From positions 640,001 through 704,000 of the forward strand of contig AL929603.2 of NCBI GenBank assembly GCA_000002445.1: a DNA stretch of 64,000 nucleotides, given 5' to 3'. Both the position numbers and the translations under genes were made by a program. Positions 53,546 through 63,125 of this stretch are shown in pieces. Source of the stretch: Trypanosoma brucei. Its lineage: Eukaryota. Every line of letters starts with the position of its first letter. Position 1 is the first letter of the stretch. Below the pieces are notes generated by a model, which was not told where the DNA came from, did not search any database, and was given only the letters and a program-made list of their open reading frames with translations.

Positions 53546-54317
53546 CGTTCTGTTCTGCCTGCTCGGCGTACTCTGAACTCGCTTCTTATATCACAGGAGG
53601 TGATGTTGAACAAAAACAAAAAAAAGTGCGCGCAGTAAGATAACTGTGTGTCGTTGCTATAGGTCTTTTATATGCGCGTAAGCTCTGAAGCAAATCACGT
53701 ACGTCTTTCATAGGTGGACGAGGGAGAGAAGGCAAGGGAGACAGGAGGAGAATGTAAATGCAAAAAGAAAAAAATTGATGTTTTCAGTGGTAATTGGATA
53801 CCCATATTAGTGCTTAGTATACTTGCATTCGTTCATTTGCTTATAGTTGTACCTATCCAGGACCGTGCCCAAGCCGGGGAAGGGAAGGGTACGATATGGT
53901 GAATCACTTTCTCATCCCCTACAGTACCATGAAAATGTGCGCACTATATCTTTCAGAAAGGCGGTAAACGCTTTAGTGAAACTATACCATCGTGCTTGAT
54001 ATAACTACTTTCCCCCCCCCGCCGCCCTCAGCACAGCTCCGCAGTTGTACTATCCATATCAACTCCTTGCTTTTATGCATAACTTTCATCTACATGCTTT
54101 TCCGCTCCTTCAAACAATTTACCATGCCGTTTTCACAAGTCTATCCCCCTTTCCTCGCCGTCTGAAGCCACTTCAAAGTCCCCGGCTCAGGCGCACTAAG
54201 AGTGAGAGGGGTTAGGGAAGGGCGTGAAGTGCTGCGAAAAGCACTGCTGGATAAGGAGCTGAGTGTACTTGTTCCAGCACGGCGGAAGAGAGAAGAGAAG
54301 AGAGGTAGCGGAACTGT

Positions 54318-56465
54318 ATGGCATACAGTGGTGCAGGGTTTCTCATTCTAAGGGCACAAATAGCATGGTGGCCACCGGCCGCAGAACTGCATCGGCACCC
54401 ACTCGACCCCAAAAGAACATTTTTCTCGGCTATCACTGATGGTGGAGTGTCTATTGGAGCGGGGAAACAGTTTGTATCCCTATCTCGGTTGGGAAAGAGC
54501 GTCGTACTTGGTGGCCGCCCCCTCATGAACTGCTCCTCCTCTCCGCCGTGCCTTCAGGTGTATGATCCATTCAGTGGTATGGAGATAACAGTTGCTTTCA
54601 AAGTTGAGGGAGGGCTTACTGAAGGAAGTAAACAATGCGTATTGGATGTTTCGACTCTCCGCGAATTTGTGAATGATGACAGAGTGAGGGTCACAGCAGC
54701 CCCACTGACAGCAGGTGTGCCGTTTCACCAGCTTCAAGAATTCCTGCAGTTAGACGAGGGTGAAGAAGAGAATGATGCCACGTGCGGAGAGCACCACGGC
54801 GGTCACAGAAATCATGACAATGGCTTTGCAAATCGTCCCGGTAATTATCATAGCTTATTTGGCGATCGGTATCTTGGGGTGGCGCTGCGGCACATCACGC
54901 ACCGGCTTAAGTGCTCTCCGCGACCCGCTGTGTGTTCGGTTCTCTTCAGCGGGGAACACGGTGTGGGTAAAACATATGCGGTGCGCCGGCTGCTAGAACT
55001 TGTGCCCCCAGTTGTTGACATTTGTGGTTGTCCCCATTTGGTGGAACGTCGGGAAATGAGCATTGCGGCGCTGCTCCTGTTGAGCGAACAGGAAGCCGTA
55101 GCCACAGTCCAGGCAGTCTTCACTCCCCCATTGGTCGAGGCGCATCATGACAGTGGAAACCGCGTTAACGGTGCTGAACCGTGTGGTGTGCTCCTGCTCG
55201 TAACTCTTGATCGGATTGACCTGTTGGTTTCCGCCGCCAACTCACTGGTGGCGCTCGTAACACACCAGTTGTGCATGGTATTGGATGAACTGCAACACGG
55301 AGTGGGTGAGGGGGGAGGACGTATAGTGGTGACACTGGCAACGGCTGAAAGTACGAAATCAATTCCAACCGCACTGCTCGCTCGTCTGGGACAACGCCTA
55401 GTGAATTTGGCGCACCCCACATTGTCAGAGCGGCTGCGTTTTATTAGGACTACTTGCAATGACGCTGATAACTTGCGATCTTACTCACCCTGTGTTCTGG
55501 AACGAGCTGCAGAAGCGTTGAGTGGTCGGACTGCCGCCGAGCTGCAGGCAATGAAAGTGGACGAGGTCCTCCAGCTGCTGGAACGTGAAGCAGCCCTCCA
55601 CCGCAAGCACGAGCCCTTCGCCAAGAACAGTGTTACCGACGTACCCGATGAGTATCGCGGGCTGGTTGGTTTGTCCGATATCATCCGCGAGGTGGAGGAG
55701 TTGGTGGTGTGGCCGCTGCAGCAGCGAAAGCTGCTCAGCCGCTGCGGTGTCCAACCCCAAAAGGGGCTTGTAGTGTATGGTCCTCCGGGTTCTGGGAAGA
55801 CGGCATTGCTGACGCGGCTGGCACGGCGACTGAAGAGTGCGCGGGTGCACGTGCTCCTAGTGGACGGACTTTCACTGATCGAGAAGGAGGTCGGGCGGAC
55901 GGAGAAGAACATTGCCTCGTTGTTTGCAGCTGCTCGGGCGACCTCACCCACGGCGCTCTTTCTTGATAATATCGATAGCCTCGCCCCACCACGTGGACGA
56001 GAGACAGGGGAGGTGTCTACCACAGCGGACCGCAGCCTCAGTACTCTGCTGACGGAAATGGACGGTATCGGAGGGGGCCACACTGGAAGTGACGTTCCTC
56101 TCGTCTTTGTCGTTGCCGCCGCATCAAACCCAGAGGCACTGGATGCAGCCATAAGTCGGCCCGGGCGGCTGGACCTTCACATTACCTTGCCTCTTCCAAC
56201 CATAGAAGCCCTCCAACAGCACATTGTGAGACGTCTGGTTGAAGCTGTGGAGGCGTGCGACGAAGCTGAGGCGATTACTGCTGACTTCATTGCTAATGTT
56301 GATGCATATGTGATGCGGTGGTTGGGCCGGTCTCCGAGCGCGACAGTGGCGGACGCCAACGACTTTGTGCGGCATATTTTGCTGCGTGTCGTAGTGGAGC
56401 CTGAAGGTGTGCCAGGGGCGAAAGATCGCCTTCTAGAATGTTTTACAAAGGTCCTTCCACTGTAG
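54318..56465 (+). CDS. Tandem AAA+ ATPase-domain protein, 715 aa. Both Walker-B motifs lack the catalytic Glu.
   Basis: D1 has Walker A GEHGVGKT and a Walker-B-like LLLVTLDRID. D2 has Walker A GPPGSGKT and Walker B LFLDNIDSL (hhhhDN in place of hhhhDE). Each domain is followed by helical lid regions. Confidence 0.75.
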   Translation: MAYSGAGFLILRAQIAWWPPAAELHRHPLDPKRTFFSAITDGGVSIGAGKQFVSLSRLGKSVVLGGRPLMNCSSSPPCLQVYDPFSGMEITVAFKVEGGLTEGSKQCVLDVSTLREFVNDDRVRVTAAPLTAGVPFHQLQEFLQLDEGEEENDATCGEHHGGHRNHDNGFANRPGNYHSLFGDRYLGVALRHITHRLKCSPRPAVCSVLFSGEHGVGKTYAVRRLLELVPPVVDICGCPHLVERREMSIAALLLLSEQEAVATVQAVFTPPLVEAHHDSGNRVNGAEPCGVLLLVTLDRIDLLVSAANSLVALVTHQLCMVLDELQHGVGEGGGRIVVTLATAESTKSIPTALLARLGQRLVNLAHPTLSERLRFIRTTCNDADNLRSYSPCVLERAAEALSGRTAAELQAMKVDEVLQLLEREAALHRKHEPFAKNSVTDVPDEYRGLVGLSDIIREVEELVVWPLQQRKLLSRCGVQPQKGLVVYGPPGSGKTALLTRLARRLKSARVHVLLVDGLSLIEKEVGRTEKNIASLFAAARATSPTALFLDNIDSLAPPRGRETGEVSTTADRSLSTLLTEMDGIGGGHTGSDVPLVFVVAAASNPEALDAAISRPGRLDLHITLPLPTIEALQQHIVRRLVEAVEACDEAEAITADFIANVDAYVMRWLGRSPSATVADANDFVRHILLRVVVEPEGVPGAKDRLLECFTKVLPL

Positions 56466-57024
56466 TGTTGCGAGTTGGTTCCAGTCTCTTCCTTACGTCC
56501 TGGTGGTTCTATACACATACTGGCCCAGTACACGTCATCGCGCCGCCTTGACCTCAACCGCGTCCACCTGATCGCCCATGTCGATCACACTTTCCTTATT
56601 GTCGATTGATCTCCACGCGTATGGCGCTATTGTTCGGACCTATTGTGTTCTCGGCTGGCCTTGTGGCTTGCTGCATTACGCACTTTTACACACCATACCG
56701 CCGCCTGGACAAGCTGGCGCATCCCGCATAACATGTGACTCGTTTGTTTTCTCATTTATGTTAGCAAGTTCTTCACTTCGAATTTTCTTTTTTTTTATGC
56801 TTTAGGTTGTGGTATCACCAGTTCATTGGTGAAATAGGTGCTCTGCAGCCAGGCCGGGGCTGGGAAGGGCAAACAAAAACTGGAAAAAAGCAAAGGGAAT
56901 TGCACGTGGAGGGGAAACCAGCTTGGCTTCGTGGGGCTCTTTCTCGTGGGTCTGCACGCGCGTATACATATATTTGACTAGCATCGTCCGTTTAAAGGAA
57001 GTTTGATTGAGGTAAGTTACAAGG

Positions 57025-60000
57025 ATGGCCGCAGTTCAGAGGAATTCTTTGAAGGAGTCACGGCTGCAGACGCGCCTAGCTGCTCGGCAACAGCAATTAC
57101 TGGCCACCTTTCAGGAAAATGTAGAGAAATTTAGCAACGAGCTTCACACGGAGCAGCAACAGAAGTTAGAGATGCTGAAGCAAAGCTTGCACGACAGTCA
57201 CGAAAACTGTACTAAAATGTTAGAACAGGAGTTACAACGTGCTGAGGCGCATCGGGTGTTCCTCCAAAAGTACGAAGGGGATTATGCGCAAGCCACCACC
57301 TCCCCTACCACTGAAGGAGCTACAATGGAACCCTTAATCGACTGCTATCACGGTGCCGGTGAAGGGTTCGCGGAAAGCAAAAAACGTATGGCTGAAGAAC
57401 GGTACCGACTTGTTAGCATGGCAGTGACTTTACGCTACTCATACCAGGAAAGGGTGGAAACCATTATCGGATGTAACGAGGGTTTACAAGAGTGTGAAGA
57501 ACGATGCCGTACGTGGCTGCAGCAAGCCCTCTTCGATGTTATACTCTCTATGGCTAAAATTGGTTATTCCAGTGTATCGGCGTCACAGGTCCTGGCACAG
57601 CGGGTGATTCACAGCAGCAACGAAAGTTTCTATAGAACACATGCAGCGTATAAGACGCTTCTTCTTCAGCTACAATCCCGAGAGCTGCTGAAACAGCGGG
57701 TGTATGCTCGTCAGATGGCGTTGCTGTACAACAACACCCTACAGAACATGGAACGTAGCAGTTCGCTTTGGGCCGCGACGCTGCTGCACACAGATTCGTT
57801 TCGTCGGCCGAAATACCGCGAAAGTCTACTGCAACACATGGGCAAGCTCATCGCTGACATGCACCGCGACGGCGTAGAGTTCCTCAATAACATCGGGTGC
57901 ATTTTGCAGTCGTTGAGGCGCGCCCGAGACCCACTGCCCAACGAGTGTGGGCAAACATGCGGTGGCACTATGCATGACGGTTGGCTGCGCGGCTTTGACG
58001 GAGGGCTCTTCTCTCCCGTTTTCGTCCCGTCTGCACCTGAAGACGTAACTGTGGAGTGGCGGGTTAAAGCTAATGTGTTGGTGCGTCATGCCATCGCTCA
58101 GGGAGTATTGGTTATGAATGAGGTGCAAGAGGCGGAAGAGCAGCTGCGCCAGGGGGCAAATGCGATCTACACACAATTGGCGCAGGTCCTGCGCTGGATC
58201 CACGAGCCTGATCCAGAAACAGGAGAAGCGCTCTCGTGGGCAACAGCATCGCTGCAGGAACGGGATGCAATCTATATCCCATTTACCACACTTAACTCTC
58301 CGCGGCTTTCTAAGTGTATGGCCGCGAATGAGGCACTTCTGACGCCATTGCTGGTGGTTATCCAAGCAGAAAGCGATTGGTTTGTCACCACTGTAGACGA
58401 GGAACTCTGTAGGTGCCAGAACACGTTGGAAAGCATTCTTCTTACAGATTCCCACAGCGTGTTGCAAATGTTTGACGGCGCAACGAAGAAACTAGGGCAA
58501 ACAGTAGAAGCGGCTGTTGGTTTCACACGCTCTCAGCTTGTTACGCTATATGAGGCACGCAAGGACCACGAAGATAACCTGCGCTACTTAGAAGAAGAGT
58601 TCACAAGTGCGCAAATGGATGTGCAAATAGCCACCACGCCACAGGCGGCAGAAAAATACTTCGTCGAGGGACTGAAAATCTTAGACCGCATTAATGTGAC
58701 GCACAGAACCTTCCACCGCAACACAGTCGAGGCGCTACAACAACTGGAAAGTGAAGGCGTGGCGGTGACGGAGCAGCAGTGTAAGGGGTTGCTACGACTC
58801 CTGGGATTAGAGAGCGAATCCACGCGGGCGCAACGCTTGAAGGAAGAACGTATTGCCGCTGCAATGGCGGCGGCCGAGGCGGCGGCGAAAAAATCTCGTG
58901 GCAAAGAGGCAAAAACATTTGAGGAATTCTACGAAGAAATGGAAGAGGCCGAGGAGGAGGCTGAGCAACCCAACTACCCAACCATTGTTGCTGATGACGG
59001 GGAGCTATACCTTGTTGTCTCAGCCACACGCCTTGTGGAGCATGGCCCGGGCGACGGACACGGGGAGCGCTCTGAGAGGTCGACTCCCCACTCCCGCACA
59101 TCAACTCCAAAGGGTCGTCTCAGAAAGACATCGAAAAGTCAGAAGGCAAAAGTCAATCAACAGTCGGCAACAAAGTTATCCGGAAATAAAAGACGCTTGC
59201 CGATGCGGGCGGCGCGCCAACACGGACATTCCGACAGCGAACCCCCTCCAGCACCGCAGCCGTCCACATCACCTGCGTTCGTGGTGGCGTATAGACAGTT
59301 GTTGGATAGGGTGCTTCAGGAGCAGTTAATTGCCGAGGAAGGTCAGCCAGGAGGTCAGTCTGAAGACACTAATGCCACCGGCTCTTCTGGAAACGTAGTT
59401 ATCGTGCAAAGGGCACAACTGTCCACCGCCGCTGTGGACGAATGGCGTGAAATGCTTCGACGCGAAGTGCTTAACTGGACGGTGCATCTGCGACAGGCAA
59501 CCGCTGAGTATCTTCGGAAGCAGTGCCTCGAGAAAAAATTGGAGGTCGATGCTGAGACAAATGAGGCACTAAGACGCAACCGTCGACGACCAGCGGCACT
59601 GCAAGCTGGTACATATGAATTGCGGGTGCGTGAGCTCCAGTGCACAATCGATTCGATTGGGAAGCAAGGCGTGCGGATAAGGCACATGCACAAGCGGTTG
59701 CTAGAGTCGTGCCGCGCGGCTCTTAACACTGAAGATGGCAGCCAAGACCCCTTTTCGCAGGACGACAGTGAAGTGGCCGATGCTAAACTGTTCGCAGAGT
59801 TGGAGAAACTTCAGGGTATGATACCTGCTGCTACCTCCGTGGGAATGCTCACAGGGCAGGAGCGTATCTTTTCAAATCTCATTAGCACAGCACTGGAACA
59901 GCGGGAAGCACACTATTCACGCACAATAGGCGGTATTGTTCAGCAGGGAGACGCTCTAGAACAGTCGATCCGCTCATATCTCCGGAGTTTCGCCGTGACC

Positions 60001-62331
60001 CTTCCCGCCGATATTGAAGAGCTCCGTCTGGCCTCGCTAGCGGAGAATGCAAAGAAGGAGGCAGAGCTTGCTGAGCTAGAAGCAAACGCTAAGGGTCAGA
60101 AAAAGGGAGGCGATCGTCCAAAGAAAAAGAAAGGAGGGAAGAAATCGGCTTCGAAGGAAGCGGTGGAGGAAAAGGCGAACAAAACGGAGGATGAGGCAGC
60201 GGATGGTGCACAAGGGGAGAAACCAAATGAAATGATCGAGTTACTGCTTGAAGCCCTCAATGAAATAGAAAGGGTCAAACAAACCATTGCCGAACGCAGA
60301 GAAATACAAATACAGCGCGTGGAGGAGGCGCGTGCCAGATACATGGCCGCGTTCCAACAAAATATTGGTGAAATGGAAACATTCTCCCAACTGCAGGAGC
60401 TTATCGCGCGACTCAAGTTGCAGGTGCACTCACTAATCGTTCAATCAGAGGCGAAGGAAGCAAAGATTGACTCCATGCTAAAGGAACTGGAAGAATTAAC
60501 CGCGGAAGAACCCACTCTACCGGCATTTACCAATAAGCTAAAAGGTGTACTAAATGGGGAGTGGGGCGATCAAACAGAGCCCACAAGCATGGGCAGCCGT
60601 GTAACGAGTGCGGAGGAATTCAGGAGTAGTAGTCCGAAAGAGGGTGAGGTTGCCCAAGTTGAAAAGTTTGTAGAGGATTCGAAGGCTGCGGAACAAGAAT
60701 TGCCCGGGTTGTTATCCGCTGCTGTGGCAGATTTGCAAAGTGAAGTCCGTGGTAGTGAAGTGGTGCGTATCCTTAAGCTTCTTGACAAGATGAGAACCAG
60801 ACTGTACGCACGCGGCCGACTCCTCGATTGTTTACAGAACGGTATAGAGCTTTTTAATGTACCCCAAGATCGATTTGTGGAAGCGCAGTCGGTCTCTCGA
60901 GCTGGAATGGGGACAGACGAGGCGCGGGCTTCAAACGCCACTCCCTCACCCAACCAAACGCCGCCAGTGTCCCGACCGCAGCGGAGGTCACGAGCAAATA
61001 CCTCAGCCTTGAAGGGGCCGGAATTGCAATACCCGCCTCTGGAACTACCCGAAGTGAAACCCATAGCAGTGCAGATGCAAGAATGGAAAGACGAAATGAG
61101 GACACAGGCAACCTCTCTGCTAGAGCCCCATTTTGCCTCCTTCCCACCACCGCTATTGCGACGACTTCCTGGAATGACAAATGGTGAGATAGAGGACGTC
61201 CTGTTAGTGTTGTACCAGCAATTTGATGGTTTGGAACAGCGCTCGCAGCAGCACGTGAAGCAGGCAGTTGGGACCTACCGGGAACAGATTGAGCGCTTGA
61301 ACTCCGTGCTGAAAAAGGTGCCCGCTCATTTGGTCGCCTCCACGTACCAAGTTTCTGCGCGAGCGCTTGAGCGGCGCGTCAAAGTTATAATGGAAGTTTT
61401 TCTGAAGCTGCACGACAAGTCCAACGCACTACGCAGGAAACACGAAGGCTCCATGCGGACAACCCTTGCATCCAATGCGAACTTTTCCAGAATGCATACT
61501 ATACGTGATGCTGAGAACATGCGGCAGGCTGAAGCACAAAGACTCATCGAAAATTTCTGGGTGCTTGTACAGCGTGAAGTGGATGAAGAGGCTTCCATGC
61601 ATTCTGGGCGGAACATCAGCGTAAACAACAGTTTCTTTGCAATAATGCGCGGTATTGTAACACCGCAGCACCTGAAGCCCCCCAGCGAGGAGCCGAAACA
61701 CAAGGGGCTGCGCCGACTTTTGCAGCTCAAAGCGCAGTTAACGATGCCTACGCCCAGGCGAGAGCGCAGGCTGCAGGAAACAATGCCGCGGCATGCACAC
61801 AACGCAGGAAAGGGTGCTGCCAATGCGGACGCCGCTGGAAAGTCATCAGAGCCTCAGGACACCACCAAGGGGCCACTGCCGCTGCTGCAAATTCCGGATA
61901 AGGAATATAACTGCGTTATTGCCGGTGATAGTCAGAAACTGCAGCTAGCCGGGGGTGGGGTCCGCGTGTCGCCAGACACCACTACCATTGCCATCCAGGG
62001 GGCGGCTGGAACATCAGCTAAACCGAATCAAGCTGCAATTATGACGCCATCAACAACGTCGGCGACGGGGTTAAGCGAAAATGAACGTCAAGGGACTGTC
62101 TCAGTTACGATTGTGGGTCCGGGAACTAAATTGCACAAAGAGGCAGCGGAGCTTACGCTGCGGTCGGTGGATCTCTTTAATCAGCGGTCAGTAGGAGCTG
62201 GCGCTGTCATCAATGGTGCATTCCGCAAGTGGACGGGGCAGGAGGAAATGTGTTCAAAGGTGTGGAAGGCCTCGTTCGCGCGCTTCAGAAAATCGGGTGG
62301 CTCAACATCACTTTTTGGTTCTTCCCGCTGA
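57025..62331 (+). CDS. Giant coiled-coil protein, 1768 aa (hypothetical), with an internal Lys-rich basic patch
   Basis: An uninterrupted 5.3-kb ORF with extensive heptad-like Glu/Lys/Gln/Leu-rich segments. It contains the patch KKGGDRPKKKKGGKKSASK at ~60100-60180. I recognise no enzymatic motif. Confidence 0.65.
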   Translation: MAAVQRNSLKESRLQTRLAARQQQLLATFQENVEKFSNELHTEQQQKLEMLKQSLHDSHENCTKMLEQELQRAEAHRVFLQKYEGDYAQATTSPTTEGATMEPLIDCYHGAGEGFAESKKRMAEERYRLVSMAVTLRYSYQERVETIIGCNEGLQECEERCRTWLQQALFDVILSMAKIGYSSVSASQVLAQRVIHSSNESFYRTHAAYKTLLLQLQSRELLKQRVYARQMALLYNNTLQNMERSSSLWAATLLHTDSFRRPKYRESLLQHMGKLIADMHRDGVEFLNNIGCILQSLRRARDPLPNECGQTCGGTMHDGWLRGFDGGLFSPVFVPSAPEDVTVEWRVKANVLVRHAIAQGVLVMNEVQEAEEQLRQGANAIYTQLAQVLRWIHEPDPETGEALSWATASLQERDAIYIPFTTLNSPRLSKCMAANEALLTPLLVVIQAESDWFVTTVDEELCRCQNTLESILLTDSHSVLQMFDGATKKLGQTVEAAVGFTRSQLVTLYEARKDHEDNLRYLEEEFTSAQMDVQIATTPQAAEKYFVEGLKILDRINVTHRTFHRNTVEALQQLESEGVAVTEQQCKGLLRLLGLESESTRAQRLKEERIAAAMAAAEAAAKKSRGKEAKTFEEFYEEMEEAEEEAEQPNYPTIVADDGELYLVVSATRLVEHGPGDGHGERSERSTPHSRTSTPKGRLRKTSKSQKAKVNQQSATKLSGNKRRLPMRAARQHGHSDSEPPPAPQPSTSPAFVVAYRQLLDRVLQEQLIAEEGQPGGQSEDTNATGSSGNVVIVQRAQLSTAAVDEWREMLRREVLNWTVHLRQATAEYLRKQCLEKKLEVDAETNEALRRNRRRPAALQAGTYELRVRELQCTIDSIGKQGVRIRHMHKRLLESCRAALNTEDGSQDPFSQDDSEVADAKLFAELEKLQGMIPAATSVGMLTGQERIFSNLISTALEQREAHYSRTIGGIVQQGDALEQSIRSYLRSFAVTLPADIEELRLASLAENAKKEAELAELEANAKGQKKGGDRPKKKKGGKKSASKEAVEEKANKTEDEAADGAQGEKPNEMIELLLEALNEIERVKQTIAERREIQIQRVEEARARYMAAFQQNIGEMETFSQLQELIARLKLQVHSLIVQSEAKEAKIDSMLKELEELTAEEPTLPAFTNKLKGVLNGEWGDQTEPTSMGSRVTSAEEFRSSSPKEGEVAQVEKFVEDSKAAEQELPGLLSAAVADLQSEVRGSEVVRILKLLDKMRTRLYARGRLLDCLQNGIELFNVPQDRFVEAQSVSRAGMGTDEARASNATPSPNQTPPVSRPQRRSRANTSALKGPELQYPPLELPEVKPIAVQMQEWKDEMRTQATSLLEPHFASFPPPLLRRLPGMTNGEIEDVLLVLYQQFDGLEQRSQQHVKQAVGTYREQIERLNSVLKKVPAHLVASTYQVSARALERRVKVIMEVFLKLHDKSNALRRKHEGSMRTTLASNANFSRMHTIRDAENMRQAEAQRLIENFWVLVQREVDEEASMHSGRNISVNNSFFAIMRGIVTPQHLKPPSEEPKHKGLRRLLQLKAQLTMPTPRRERRLQETMPRHAHNAGKGAANADAAGKSSEPQDTTKGPLPLLQIPDKEYNCVIAGDSQKLQLAGGGVRVSPDTTTIAIQGAAGTSAKPNQAAIMTPSTTSATGLSENERQGTVSVTIVGPGTKLHKEAAELTLRSVDLFNQRSVGAGAVINGAFRKWTGQEEMCSKVWKASFARFRKSGGSTSLFGSSR

Positions 62332-62809
62332 CGCGATGTAGCGAGGGGTGAGAGAAAGAAAAAATGGACTGACGCACGGGGAGAAGGGAAATACCCACCA
62401 TGTTGACGACATCGCCATTAGCCCAGTCGGTAGGCTGCAGTGGGTAGCGAAAGAAGCAGTGCCTACAAACTTTTCCTGTGAATGTTTGTGTGCACCTTGG
62501 AAATGATGTTTTTGCTGCGGTGCTAGCAGCCATCACCCAGACATTCATGCCGCTAGCGTTGGTATAAGTGGGAAAGATCAAAAACGAACAGGATAATATG
62601 GTATAGGTGCGTGTGGGACCTAACCTTGGCTACTTTGAAAAACGTTGTTGCAGTGACGCGGCAAGGGCAACTGAATGCCTATTGGGACACCACTCAAATG
62701 CTCAATGTATTCTTCTAGCGTCCGCTACACCGCTCATCCCTCAACCTCCTATCACCTTTATTCACGATCATGGTTTATGTACATTTGCTCACTCTGAACT
62801 CGTGAGGGC

Positions 62810-62970
62810 TTCATTCCTTCCCCGTTTTCCCCCTTCACACTCCTCCACGTGCACTCTGCTTTTTCACCCACGGTTATCTTCAGTGCTTACGCTTACGTTG
62901 TTCTCTCTCCTCTTACTCTTCTTCATTCCTACCCCTTGTTCAACCTTTACTTTCGTCATTACTAGTATTT
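62810..62970 (+). promoter_or_regulatory. Long polypyrimidine tract upstream of the terminal partial ORF
   Basis: A direct read of a C/T-rich ~160-nt stretch (cttccccgttttcccccttcacactcctccacg...ctctctcctcttactcttcttcattcctaccccttgttcaacctttactttcgtcatt). Confidence 0.45.
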
Positions 62971-63125
62971 TTCCACTAGCGCGCACAGGTATTGGTTAAA
63001 AATACAAACAAACCAAAGTTAAGGTTTACACCTTATATTTTGGGACATCCCTAATAGGCGCATACGCACATATATACGCAAAACCCTTCCCCTCTTCCTT
63101 ATTCCCACGAGTTCGGCTTGTCACC

